Positions 47,454 through 55,847 of a stretch of DNA of 64,000 nt are shown in pieces. The stretch spans positions 206,902 to 270,901 of the forward strand of contig JBBIGR010000001.1 in the NCBI GenBank assembly GCA_037447435.1, in the 5' to 3' direction. The position numbers were made by a program, and so were the translations under genes. The notes below the pieces were generated by a model. It ran no database searches, was not told where the DNA came from, and worked only from the letters and a program-made list of their open reading frames with translations. This DNA comes from Fibrobacteria bacterium (GTDB lineage Bacteria > Fibrobacterota > Chitinivibrionia > Chitinivibrionales > FEN-1185). Every line of letters starts with the position of its first letter. Within the stretch, counting starts at the first letter, position 1.

Positions 47454-48359
47454 ATGAACAAAACAATAAACATTAACGATAGGGAATTGTCGCTCTCGAA
47501 TCTTGAAAAAGAGCTTTACCCTTCTTACGGCTTTACAAAAAGCCGTATACTCGAATACTATAGCCTTATTGCACCGTTCATGCTCCCGTTTCTAAAAAAC
47601 CGCGCATTAACCTTAAAACGTTATCCGCACGGCGTGGATGGTGATTTCTTTTTCGAGAAGCGTTGTCCCAAGCACCCCGATTGGCTTGAAACCGCCGAGG
47701 TCCCCTATGGCGATATGAAAACAATAAATTATTGCGTTGCCAACAATTTGGAAACCCTTATCTGGGTTGAAAATCTGGCATCAATAGAACTCCATGTGCC
47801 CCTTGCAAAAGCCGATTTTCCGGACAATCCCGATTCGATGGTCTTTGATCTTGACCCCGGCGACGGCGCAAATATTCTCGATTGCGCAAAAGTTGCATTT
47901 ACAATTAATGATTTGCTGTCCGATCTTAAACTTGAAAGCTTTGCAAAAACTTCCGGCAAAAAGGGCCTTCACATATTTGTCCCGCTTGATCCCAAATCAA
48001 CGACATTCAACGATACTAAAATATTTTCCAAAGCCGTTGCCGCCATTATGCAGAAAACCTATCCGGATCTTGTCACGACAAAAATGAACAAAGAATTCCG
48101 CAAAAACAAAGTGTTTATCAACTGGTCGCAAAACGACTCGTCTAAAACAATGGTCTGCGTTTATTCTTTGCGTGCGATTGATAAACCCGCGGTTTCATTT
48201 CCCATTTCCTGGAAAGATCTTGCGAACCTGGCATTACGGAAAGACCCTGAAAAATTCCAGGTTCTTGCGCCGGACGCGCTTACCGATGTCAATAAAAAAG
48301 CCGCGTTTTACCGGGAAATTCTTGACATAAAGCAAAGGTTGCCGACTACATGGACTTAA
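47454..48359 (+). CDS. ligD: Stand-alone LigD polymerase (AEP PolDom)
   Basis: LSNL.K.LYP, KRYPHG, FFEKR, IELH, FDLDPG, KTSGKKGLH, YSLRA, VSFP. Confidence 0.88.
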   Translation: MNKTININDRELSLSNLEKELYPSYGFTKSRILEYYSLIAPFMLPFLKNRALTLKRYPHGVDGDFFFEKRCPKHPDWLETAEVPYGDMKTINYCVANNLETLIWVENLASIELHVPLAKADFPDNPDSMVFDLDPGDGANILDCAKVAFTINDLLSDLKLESFAKTSGKKGLHIFVPLDPKSTTFNDTKIFSKAVAAIMQKTYPDLVTTKMNKEFRKNKVFINWSQNDSSKTMVCVYSLRAIDKPAVSFPISWKDLANLALRKDPEKFQVLAPDALTDVNKKAAFYREILDIKQRLPTTWT

Positions 48360-49957
48360 AAGAATACCGGCAAAAACGGGACTTGAAAAAAACTCCCGAA
48401 CCCCCACCCTCTTCCGGGCAAAACAACAAAGGAAAATATCTTGTTTTTGTCGTGCATAAACATGCAGCCCGACGGCTCCATTACGATTTGAGGCTCGAAA
48501 TGGACGGCGTGCTTAAAAGTTTTGCCATTCCCAAAGGCCCTTCGCTTGATCCTTCTGTAAAGAGGCTTGCAGTCCATGTTGAAGACCATCCGTTCGATTA
48601 CAAGGATTTTGAAGGCGTTATTCCCAAAGGCAATTACGGTGCAGGCAATGTGATCATTTGGGACAAGGGGTTTTACGGGTCTTCCTTTTCCAACGATAAA
48701 AAAAAGGGCGAAGAATTTCTACGCGAAGGCCTTCAAAAAGGCGATTTGAAATTCGTGCTTGCCGGCAGCAAGCTCAAGGGTGAGTTTGCTCTTGTGAAGA
48801 CGAGGTGGGACGAAAAGTCGTGGCTTTTACTGAAACATAAAGATAAATATACAAGCTCGGGCGACGTTCTTTTACAGGACCGTTCGGTAGTAACCGGAAA
48901 AACCGTCGAAGAACTTTCCAGCGAACCCGCCGCTTTTAAATCCCTGACTTCCGAGGAAAAAAAACTCGTTGCAAATGAACCGCTTGTAAGTCCTGGAGCC
49001 GACGCTCCGACGATTCCGATGCCGCACAAAATAATACCCATGCTTGCCGAAACGGCAAAAAAACCTTTCGACCATCCGGAATGGTTATTTGAAGTCAAGT
49101 GGGACGGATACCGCGCAATCGCCGAACTCGACAAAACAGACGTCCTGCTTTATTCCCGAAATCGTACCTCGTTCATGAAAAAATTTTCTCCGATCGTATT
49201 GGCCTTGCAAAACCTGGGGATACAGGCGGTTCTCGACGGCGAAATAGTAATCGTCGACAACAAGGGAATTCCCGACTTCCAAAAGCTTCAGGATTATCCA
49301 AAGTCTAACGGCGGCCATTTGCTTTATTATGTGTTCGATATTTTATACCATAACGGTAAAAACATGACGCAACTCCCGCTTGTCGAACGAAAAGAAATTT
49401 TAAAGTCCGTCATTTTGCAAAACGATTGCGTTAAATACTCGGAACACATTTGGAACACGGGCGAATCCTTTTTTGCCGCAGCTAAGCAAAAAGGTCTCGA
49501 GGGCATAGTCGCCAAACATTCTTTAAGCCGCTACAAACCCGGAACCAGAAGCGATAATTGGCTGAAAATAAAAAATCGTAATTCCCAGGACTGCATCATT
49601 GCCGGATTTACTGCGCCGCGGGGCGCGCGAAAATATTTCGGCAGCCTTGTTCTGGGTGCATACGATGCAGACCAATTCATTTACATCGGTCATTCCGGCG
49701 GAGGTTTGGGAACCGAAAATCTCAAATCGATGTTTGAAAAACTACAGCCCCTTGTCCGGAAATCCTGTCCGTTTAAGACCGTACCGCCGCACGACGCCCC
49801 CATAACCTGGGTAAAGCCCGTCTTGGTCTGCGAAGTCAACTTTATCGGATGGACCAAAGACGCTATCTTGCGGCAACCGGAATTCGTACGGCTTCGGGAC
49901 GATAAAACAGCCCTTGAAACCGTAATACCTCATAGATACAAAGGAGACATCGTATGA
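48350..49957 (+). CDS. ligD: LigD 3'-phosphoesterase + ATP-dependent ligase (no polymerase domain)
   Basis: Y..KRD..KTPEP, HAARRLHYDLRLE, VEDHP; EVKWDGYR, LDGE, EGIVAK, WLKIK. Confidence 0.92.
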   Translation: MDLKEYRQKRDLKKTPEPPPSSGQNNKGKYLVFVVHKHAARRLHYDLRLEMDGVLKSFAIPKGPSLDPSVKRLAVHVEDHPFDYKDFEGVIPKGNYGAGNVIIWDKGFYGSSFSNDKKKGEEFLREGLQKGDLKFVLAGSKLKGEFALVKTRWDEKSWLLLKHKDKYTSSGDVLLQDRSVVTGKTVEELSSEPAAFKSLTSEEKKLVANEPLVSPGADAPTIPMPHKIIPMLAETAKKPFDHPEWLFEVKWDGYRAIAELDKTDVLLYSRNRTSFMKKFSPIVLALQNLGIQAVLDGEIVIVDNKGIPDFQKLQDYPKSNGGHLLYYVFDILYHNGKNMTQLPLVERKEILKSVILQNDCVKYSEHIWNTGESFFAAAKQKGLEGIVAKHSLSRYKPGTRSDNWLKIKNRNSQDCIIAGFTAPRGARKYFGSLVLGAYDADQFIYIGHSGGGLGTENLKSMFEKLQPLVRKSCPFKTVPPHDAPITWVKPVLVCEVNFIGWTKDAILRQPEFVRLRDDKTALETVIPHRYKGDIV

Positions 49958-50673
49958 AAATTCTTACCGGCACAAGCGGTTATGGGTATAAGGAATGGAA
50001 AGGGACATTCTATCCGGAAAAGATTTCCGCGGATAAAATGCTCGGCTTTTATTCCAGCAAGTTTTCGACCGTGGAAATAAACAACACCTTTTATCGTATG
50101 CCGAACGCAGACGTGGTACAATCCTGGGCCGACCACGTCCCCGACGGATTTACATTCGCAATCAAAGCGCCGCAGGTCATCACGCATATCAAGCGCTTGC
50201 ATAACGTGAAAGAAGAAGCCCGATATTTTTTTCAAATTGTTTCGATTTTAGGGGGAAAATGCGGTCCGATACTTTTCCAGTTTCCCGAAAGTTTTAAGGA
50301 AAATCTTTCCCTGCTCAAAGAATTTCTCGAACATATCCCGCCGAAAATCGCTTGCGCGTTCATTTTCAGAAACAAATCGTGGTTTATTGACGGAACATAT
50401 GATTTGCTCGGGAAAGAAAATTTCTGTCTGGGACTCGAAGATACCGACGAAAACCCGGTGGAAAATATTGTTCCCACCGCTCCGTTGGGTTATTTGCGTT
50501 TGCGCAGGGCAAATTACACAGAGGCCGACCTTTCGCAATGGAAAGATAAAGTGCTTGCAACAGAATGGAAAACGGCATTCGTTTTTTTCAAACATGAGGA
50601 CGATGCTGCGGCAAAGGGGCCGCAGCTTGCAGCAAGTTTCAACGATCTGGTGAATCGTTCGAACAGCGATTAG
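49954..50673 (+). CDS. DUF72 (YecE-like) TIM-barrel protein
   Basis: GTSGYGYKEWKG.FYP, VEINNTFYR.P, F.FAIKAP..ITH, YLRLR; ATGA overlap with ligD. Confidence 0.9.
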   Translation: MKILTGTSGYGYKEWKGTFYPEKISADKMLGFYSSKFSTVEINNTFYRMPNADVVQSWADHVPDGFTFAIKAPQVITHIKRLHNVKEEARYFFQIVSILGGKCGPILFQFPESFKENLSLLKEFLEHIPPKIACAFIFRNKSWFIDGTYDLLGKENFCLGLEDTDENPVENIVPTAPLGYLRLRRANYTEADLSQWKDKVLATEWKTAFVFFKHEDDAAAKGPQLAASFNDLVNRSNSD

Positions 50674-52499
50674 CGCATCAATGCGATTTTCCGTGCAATG
50701 GTTTGTTCTTCGGATTTACAGACAACGAGATAATTTCCGTTGGGAACCATGCGTCCTTCTTTATCTGTACCGTCCCAAAATAATGCCTGATTTTCTGAAC
50801 CTATATTATTCTGGTGAAGCGACTTAATACATACTCCCGCAAGAGAAAATATCTTTACAGAAAAATCGGGAGATTTTTTCACGGAATACGTTATGGAAAA
50901 TCCTTTTCCATTCGAACGAATCGTCATTGCATTAAATTGCATTGATGAGCTCGTAGCACTAACATTTGTCGATTGCTGTAAACCAACCCAAAAAGTATCG
51001 TTTGACGAATAGCAGTTCGCTATCGAACCCCCTACACGCCAGAATATTCTTCCCAGAGGGAGTTTGACCGTAGGTACATAAACGGTATCGGGCGCCTGTA
51101 TAGGAAGCGAAATATAAGGATTGTAAAAGTTTCCTACCGTATCGATTTGAATCCGATACTGAATTGCTGCCGTTGCCGGATGCCATTTGAAAATAGGCAT
51201 TCGGTTGTACTGCGTATCCGAAACCATGGGTATGAGCCAGGGAATGGAGTCGTTAAGAATTGTCAAAGTATCCGGCGAGGAAAATACAGGGTTAAGGTTC
51301 GAATTGACATGCCAGTAAATCGTTCCCACGGGCAAACTAAATGCAACCGGGTAAATTGTGTCGGCAATGCCGTCGGAAAGGAAATTGCTATAAAACGACG
51401 GATACGTACCGATTTGGATATTGTATGAAGTTGCCCCCGGTACGCGATGCCACGCAAATACAGGCTTTCTATTCCGCGTTGGATCGGGCATATAGGGAAC
51501 AAGAATCGGAATCGTTGAATCCTGAATCGTGAATGAGGAAACGGAGGAACAGGAAAAAGAATCCGCATCGTTTCTTACACGCCAATAATTCACTCCAATA
51601 GGCAAATTTGCGGTTGGAACAAAAAAAGTGTCGGATATCGGAACCGAAATTGTCAGCGAAGAAAAAGATTGATTCGGCGAAACTTGGACGCGGAACGTTG
51701 AAATTGAAGAATTCGAATGCCAACAAAGCTGCGGTCGCCTGTTAAAAGTCGGGTTTGGAATATAGGGAATGAGAACGGGATACGGCGAAACTTGCCCCGG
51801 GTAATATGACCCATTATAAATGGAGTCCACTTCCGCGGGAGTCAGCCCTCTGTTGAAAATCATCAACTCGTCGATAATGCCTTTGAAATAGTACCTACTA
51901 TCTCCGCTCATACCAATATATACGTTATTCGTTGAGCGGTTTATCGGGGGCGTCGCATGAACGATTTCGGACTGAAGTATACCGTTTAGATAAATGCGCA
52001 TTGTAGAACCGTCCCAGGTACCGGTGACATGTATCCAAGTGTTAAGGGCAATCTGACCTGAACCGTTTATGTAAAATTGGTCCGAACCTTGTTCCACGCC
52101 AAAGTAAAGCCCGCCCGCCATCGACATGCCGAGCTGCCACTCATTTTGCGGAATCGTTGTTGTAGTTATAGCCTCTTTAGAAACAATACGATACCACATG
52201 TCTTTGGCTTCGGGTCTGATCCAGGCGGAAATGGAAAGCCCGTTTGTAAATGTAAAAGAGCTGTTGTCGGGAATCGAAACATAACTGCTGTAACCATTAA
52301 AATAAAGCGCAGAACCGTGCATTCCCGGCACGCTCGTCGCATTATAAATGGTTCCGTTATTCCCATGATCGCTCAAGTCATACCCGTTTCCGTTTAACGG
52401 ATAATAAGCAATCATATTGTTTGGGAAAGAATGGATGGGGGAAATAATTCCCGCAATGACGACCGATAAAGTCAATACGGCATGTAGTCCTTTTCTCAT
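50670..52499 (-). CDS. Secreted LamG/concanavalin-like protein with three Ig/Fn-like repeats and a FlgD-Ig/T9SS-like C-terminal domain
   Basis: YYPLNGN..D.S..GN.G, W.HV.GTWDG, F.G.IDEL.IFNR.L; three P.L.PY.P..T.NR.P.F.WH repeats; WDGTD..G..VPNG.Y. Confidence 0.85.
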   Translation of the reverse strand: MRKGLHAVLTLSVVIAGIISPIHSFPNNMIAYYPLNGNGYDLSDHGNNGTIYNATSVPGMHGSALYFNGYSSYVSIPDNSSFTFTNGLSISAWIRPEAKDMWYRIVSKEAITTTTIPQNEWQLGMSMAGGLYFGVEQGSDQFYINGSGQIALNTWIHVTGTWDGSTMRIYLNGILQSEIVHATPPINRSTNNVYIGMSGDSRYYFKGIIDELMIFNRGLTPAEVDSIYNGSYYPGQVSPYPVLIPYIPNPTFNRRPQLCWHSNSSISTFRVQVSPNQSFSSLTISVPISDTFFVPTANLPIGVNYWRVRNDADSFSCSSVSSFTIQDSTIPILVPYMPDPTRNRKPVFAWHRVPGATSYNIQIGTYPSFYSNFLSDGIADTIYPVAFSLPVGTIYWHVNSNLNPVFSSPDTLTILNDSIPWLIPMVSDTQYNRMPIFKWHPATAAIQYRIQIDTVGNFYNPYISLPIQAPDTVYVPTVKLPLGRIFWRVGGSIANCYSSNDTFWVGLQQSTNVSATSSSMQFNAMTIRSNGKGFSITYSVKKSPDFSVKIFSLAGVCIKSLHQNNIGSENQALFWDGTDKEGRMVPNGNYLVVCKSEEQTIARKIALMR

Positions 52500-52547
52500 T
52501 ATGGCCCCTTATTTAGGGATAGAGTTTCGACTGTCATAAGAATATAT

Positions 52548-52563
52548 TACAAATCCCGTGCCA
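52548..52563 (-). promoter_or_regulatory. Sigma54-like promoter candidate (perfect -24 box, -12 box TTGT)
   Basis: Minus strand TGGCACGGGATTTGTA, about 49 bp before ATG 52499. Confidence 0.5.
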
Positions 52564-52732
52564 TATAAATCAACTGAAAATCATTAACTTAGAAGAAATT
52601 GGCTTATGACGCATTTCACTTACGGGATTTATCATGTCAATATTGAGACGGTTCTCACCTTATAGAGGGAACTTCGCTGAATGATAAACCTGCCGCAAAA
52701 TCTGAATGATTATGATAAAAAGGGTAAATTTA

Positions 52733-52765
52733 AGGCACCTATGGTTTAGGTGCCTCTTTGTTTTT
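52733..52765. terminator. Stem-loop terminator, possibly bidirectional
   Basis: AGGCACCTA-TGGTT-TAGGTGCCT followed by CTTTGTTTTT. Confidence 0.7.
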
Positions 52766-52994
52766 ATAAAAGAATCCGCAGGCCCAGCGCAACGCCGTCG
52801 GTCCCAAATGTTGTTCGAGCATCTTTTTTACTCTTTAATTCGTATCCGCTAATGTCGTTTGGATTCCCATTTGTCTTAAGGGAAGCGTATTGTGTTGCAG
52901 GATTAAACGCTACTGCAATACCGGTCCTGAAATACATGCTGAAATTTTTAGAAAAGTAATAGGAAGATTCCAAATTTGACAACCAACACAACAA
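52764..52994 (-). pseudogene. Possible C-terminal remnant of an outer-membrane beta-barrel gene
   Basis: YYFSKNFSMYFRTGIAV...DGVALGLRILL* has alternating beta-strand character, ends at a hairpin and lacks a credible N-terminus. Confidence 0.35.
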
Positions 52995-53059
52995 CAGCTA
53001 TATTTTTCTTTTATGTAAGGTATGCGAAACGTTTGTGCTGATGAAAAAAGGAGTGCCAG

Positions 53060-53671
53060 GTGATTCGTTCGATGTTGCTTGTTTCGTGCGCGCTTTTATT
53101 TGTTTTTGCAATGTGCAATGAGTATCCGCACGGCGCATCGGTTGCGATTCAAATACGCGGCGCGTCTCTGAAATATAAACCTGTCGCAGAGTTTGAATCG
53201 TGGCTGACTGAACGGATGAAAACGTTCTCCGAAGCAAAGAAAGATTTTACCTTTACCGGCGGTTTCGTTAACGATTCAAATGCCGTTGTTGCCGGTGTAA
53301 CCCATATATTCATCATTTCTATCGACTCAATGAATCTTGTCCCATTTAATAAATATAAGGTTGCGGTAGATTCGGCAAATTTAACCGCGGCAAAGGTAAG
53401 TCCTATTGGCTATTTAATCGGCGGATCCTATGGGCAGAATGTCGGGCAAATGCTCACCAGGATTTCTTATGATGTAAATGCCCATCCGTCCATGAGTGTT
53501 TACTTAGCTATAAAAGATATCAAGACCGGCAAAAACACATGGGATTATTCAAAACAAATCGATATTGAATCCAATGCCGCCCTTCCCGAAGAGGAGCAAG
53601 TAGGGCAGCTTTTTGCGGTTCTCAAAGGAGTCGTGTCGGACGAGGCCGGTTTTCTCTCCATAAAAAAGTGA
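53060..53671 (+). CDS. Hypothetical lipoprotein
   Basis: AAGGAG RBS + GTG; hydrophobic N-terminus ending FAMC. Confidence 0.65.
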   Translation: MIRSMLLVSCALLFVFAMCNEYPHGASVAIQIRGASLKYKPVAEFESWLTERMKTFSEAKKDFTFTGGFVNDSNAVVAGVTHIFIISIDSMNLVPFNKYKVAVDSANLTAAKVSPIGYLIGGSYGQNVGQMLTRISYDVNAHPSMSVYLAIKDIKTGKNTWDYSKQIDIESNAALPEEEQVGQLFAVLKGVVSDEAGFLSIKK

Positions 53672-53690
53672 TTGGTTTCTTTCTTCCCGC

Positions 53691-55847
53691 TTAAACCACC
53701 TTGCTCCTTCTTTCGACTTTTTTTCCTATTGCTGCATCGAATACGCCGGCGCTGCCGCAAATAACTGCCGTCTTTTTCGCCCGTGTCAGGGCGGTATACA
53801 GAATTTCTTTGGTTAATAGCGGATGGTTTTCGTCTGCAACCAGCAGACATAAAACGTTTTTGAATTCGCAACCCTGGCTTTTATGCACGGTCAACGCAAA
53901 AGACTGCTGGAGACCTTGGATTTCTTCCAGCGCAATAGCCTCGAACCCGTCGTGACGCCGGGCCACGAAAAAATCCCTGTTCCGTAACCGCAACACAACG
54001 CCCCTGTCGCCGTTCCATAAATTCCTCTGCCGCATGTTGACGGTCACCAATGCGATGCATCCTGAAAAAAGCGCCTTCCCGCCGCCTTTGTCCAGCAATT
54101 TCCTCAACATGTCGTCTGCAACCGCATTGGCCGCGATGCTGCCGAAAATGCCCTTGTGAACGAGGCAAAGCATTGCCGATTTATCGAGATAGAAAAACAA
54201 AGCCGAAAGCGATTGTAAAACGTCGGGATTTTGCTCGTTTATAAACAAAGGCAGCGATTTGGCCCGCGCGGACATTTCCCATAATGCAACCGCATCCCGC
54301 ACTGCCGAAACGTAACGGGGCCCGTATTGCAGCCCCACCCATTGCGCCACGGTCTCTGCAGGGTTGGGCGAAAAAGTCCGTAATACCCCGTGCTGAGAAG
54401 CATGCATATCCGCGTTCCACACCCGTGCCGCATTATCGCCGAACAATTGTTCGGTTGCCGCAAACGTAAACCCGGAAAAGTTCATCTCTTCCAGAGGAAT
54501 CTGGTTTTTAATGCTATTGGCAATATCGATAATATCCTTTTGCGATCGGAAGCTTTTTGTGAGAACGACGAGTTTATCCGTCATCGGCGTTTGCTTTTGG
54601 GCGATGCAGATAAACTTTTTATCCAGCGGATGTCCTACAATTTTGCTCAGACGCGAATGAAGGGGTTGCGACAGGGACGGAATTATACCTTCGGCATCGG
54701 CTTTTTCCTGGGAAAAAGAAACGTACGATTCCGTAATGTCGCCCAAAACCGCTCCGGCATCGACAGACGGCAATTGATTCCTGTCGCCCAGTAAAACCAG
54801 GGTCGTGTCCTCTTTGATTGCATTAAGCAAAGCAGCAAAAATCGAAATATCGAGCATAGATACTTCGTCTATCACAATGACCCTGGCTTCGATCGGATTT
54901 TCTTTTCCGTGAGCAAAACCGCCGGTTTTAGGATCAAAACCCAAAACACCATGCACGGTACGTCCCTTTACTTCCCGTAGGCCTTTTATTTCCGGGAATG
55001 ACTCCCGGCATCTAAGCGCTTCGGCGACAATGCTCTGTTCCAAGCGGGCCGCAGCCCTGCCGGTCGGCGCGCAGATCACCATATCCATTGATGCAATACT
55101 GTCCCCTTCCGCAAGCATCATTGCCATTAATGCGCCGGAAACAATCGTGGTTTTTCCTGTCCCTGGCCCGCCGGTAATGACCACGGTTTTGGCCGTACAC
55201 GCCAATGCGCAGGCCAATTTTTGATTGTCGTGCAAATTGAAACAGGCAAACACCCGCGCAAGCGCTTTTGCAACCGCATCGTCGTTTGTTGATTGCACGG
55301 GCGATTTTTCCAAACGCGATAACAAAACCGATTTAGCGACGTCATGGGCAAAATGATATTTTTGAAAAAACCATCCTTCATCGGTTTTTACAATCGGTTT
55401 ATGCAAAGGTCCGACAATCCCCGCATACGCGTTGTTTGCATACCGACAGAGAAAGCCGTTAATATTTTCCTTAAAATCAATATCAGCTTCCGGTTGTTCG
55501 CTTTTCGTGCCGTTACTTTTATTAATTAAAACCGCCTGGTCATGGAATTTGCCGTATTCGATGCGCATTTGTTCCTCGCCTGCCGGCAAATACACGTTTC
55601 CCTGATTAAGCGATGCGGCCATCATGAGTAAAAACAATTCCAAATCCCCGTCTGTTTGTCCCCTTCCTAACGCCAGGTCCGAAAGCGTTTTGCAGAGCCG
55701 GACATCGAATAAAGAAACCAGGTTTGCCAAAAACAGTTCAAGAAAAACCTTCTCGTTAAAAGTCAATGCAACGCTTTGGTTTAATGCCGACGCTTCATAA
55801 CGGCCGAGGTTTCGCCAAAGCCCCAGGAACATGTTCTGTTTTGTCAT
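53691..55847 (-). CDS. recD: Exodeoxyribonuclease V alpha subunit
   Basis: GGPGTGKTT, APTGRAA, IDEVSM, GDRNQLPSV, TVHKSQG, YTALTRA; ATGA overlap with recB. Confidence 0.93.
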   Translation of the reverse strand: MTKQNMFLGLWRNLGRYEASALNQSVALTFNEKVFLELFLANLVSLFDVRLCKTLSDLALGRGQTDGDLELFLLMMAASLNQGNVYLPAGEEQMRIEYGKFHDQAVLINKSNGTKSEQPEADIDFKENINGFLCRYANNAYAGIVGPLHKPIVKTDEGWFFQKYHFAHDVAKSVLLSRLEKSPVQSTNDDAVAKALARVFACFNLHDNQKLACALACTAKTVVITGGPGTGKTTIVSGALMAMMLAEGDSIASMDMVICAPTGRAAARLEQSIVAEALRCRESFPEIKGLREVKGRTVHGVLGFDPKTGGFAHGKENPIEARVIVIDEVSMLDISIFAALLNAIKEDTTLVLLGDRNQLPSVDAGAVLGDITESYVSFSQEKADAEGIIPSLSQPLHSRLSKIVGHPLDKKFICIAQKQTPMTDKLVVLTKSFRSQKDIIDIANSIKNQIPLEEMNFSGFTFAATEQLFGDNAARVWNADMHASQHGVLRTFSPNPAETVAQWVGLQYGPRYVSAVRDAVALWEMSARAKSLPLFINEQNPDVLQSLSALFFYLDKSAMLCLVHKGIFGSIAANAVADDMLRKLLDKGGGKALFSGCIALVTVNMRQRNLWNGDRGVVLRLRNRDFFVARRHDGFEAIALEEIQGLQQSFALTVHKSQGCEFKNVLCLLVADENHPLLTKEILYTALTRAKKTAVICGSAGVFDAAIGKKVERRSKVV

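Noticed and set aside
52644..52695. Fluoride riboswitch resemblance (GAGACGG..TCTCA ... GCTGAATGAT..ACCTGC)
   Set aside because: The P1 loop is too short, pseudoknot spacing is off and there is no fluoride-related downstream gene; kept only as an unassigned structure.
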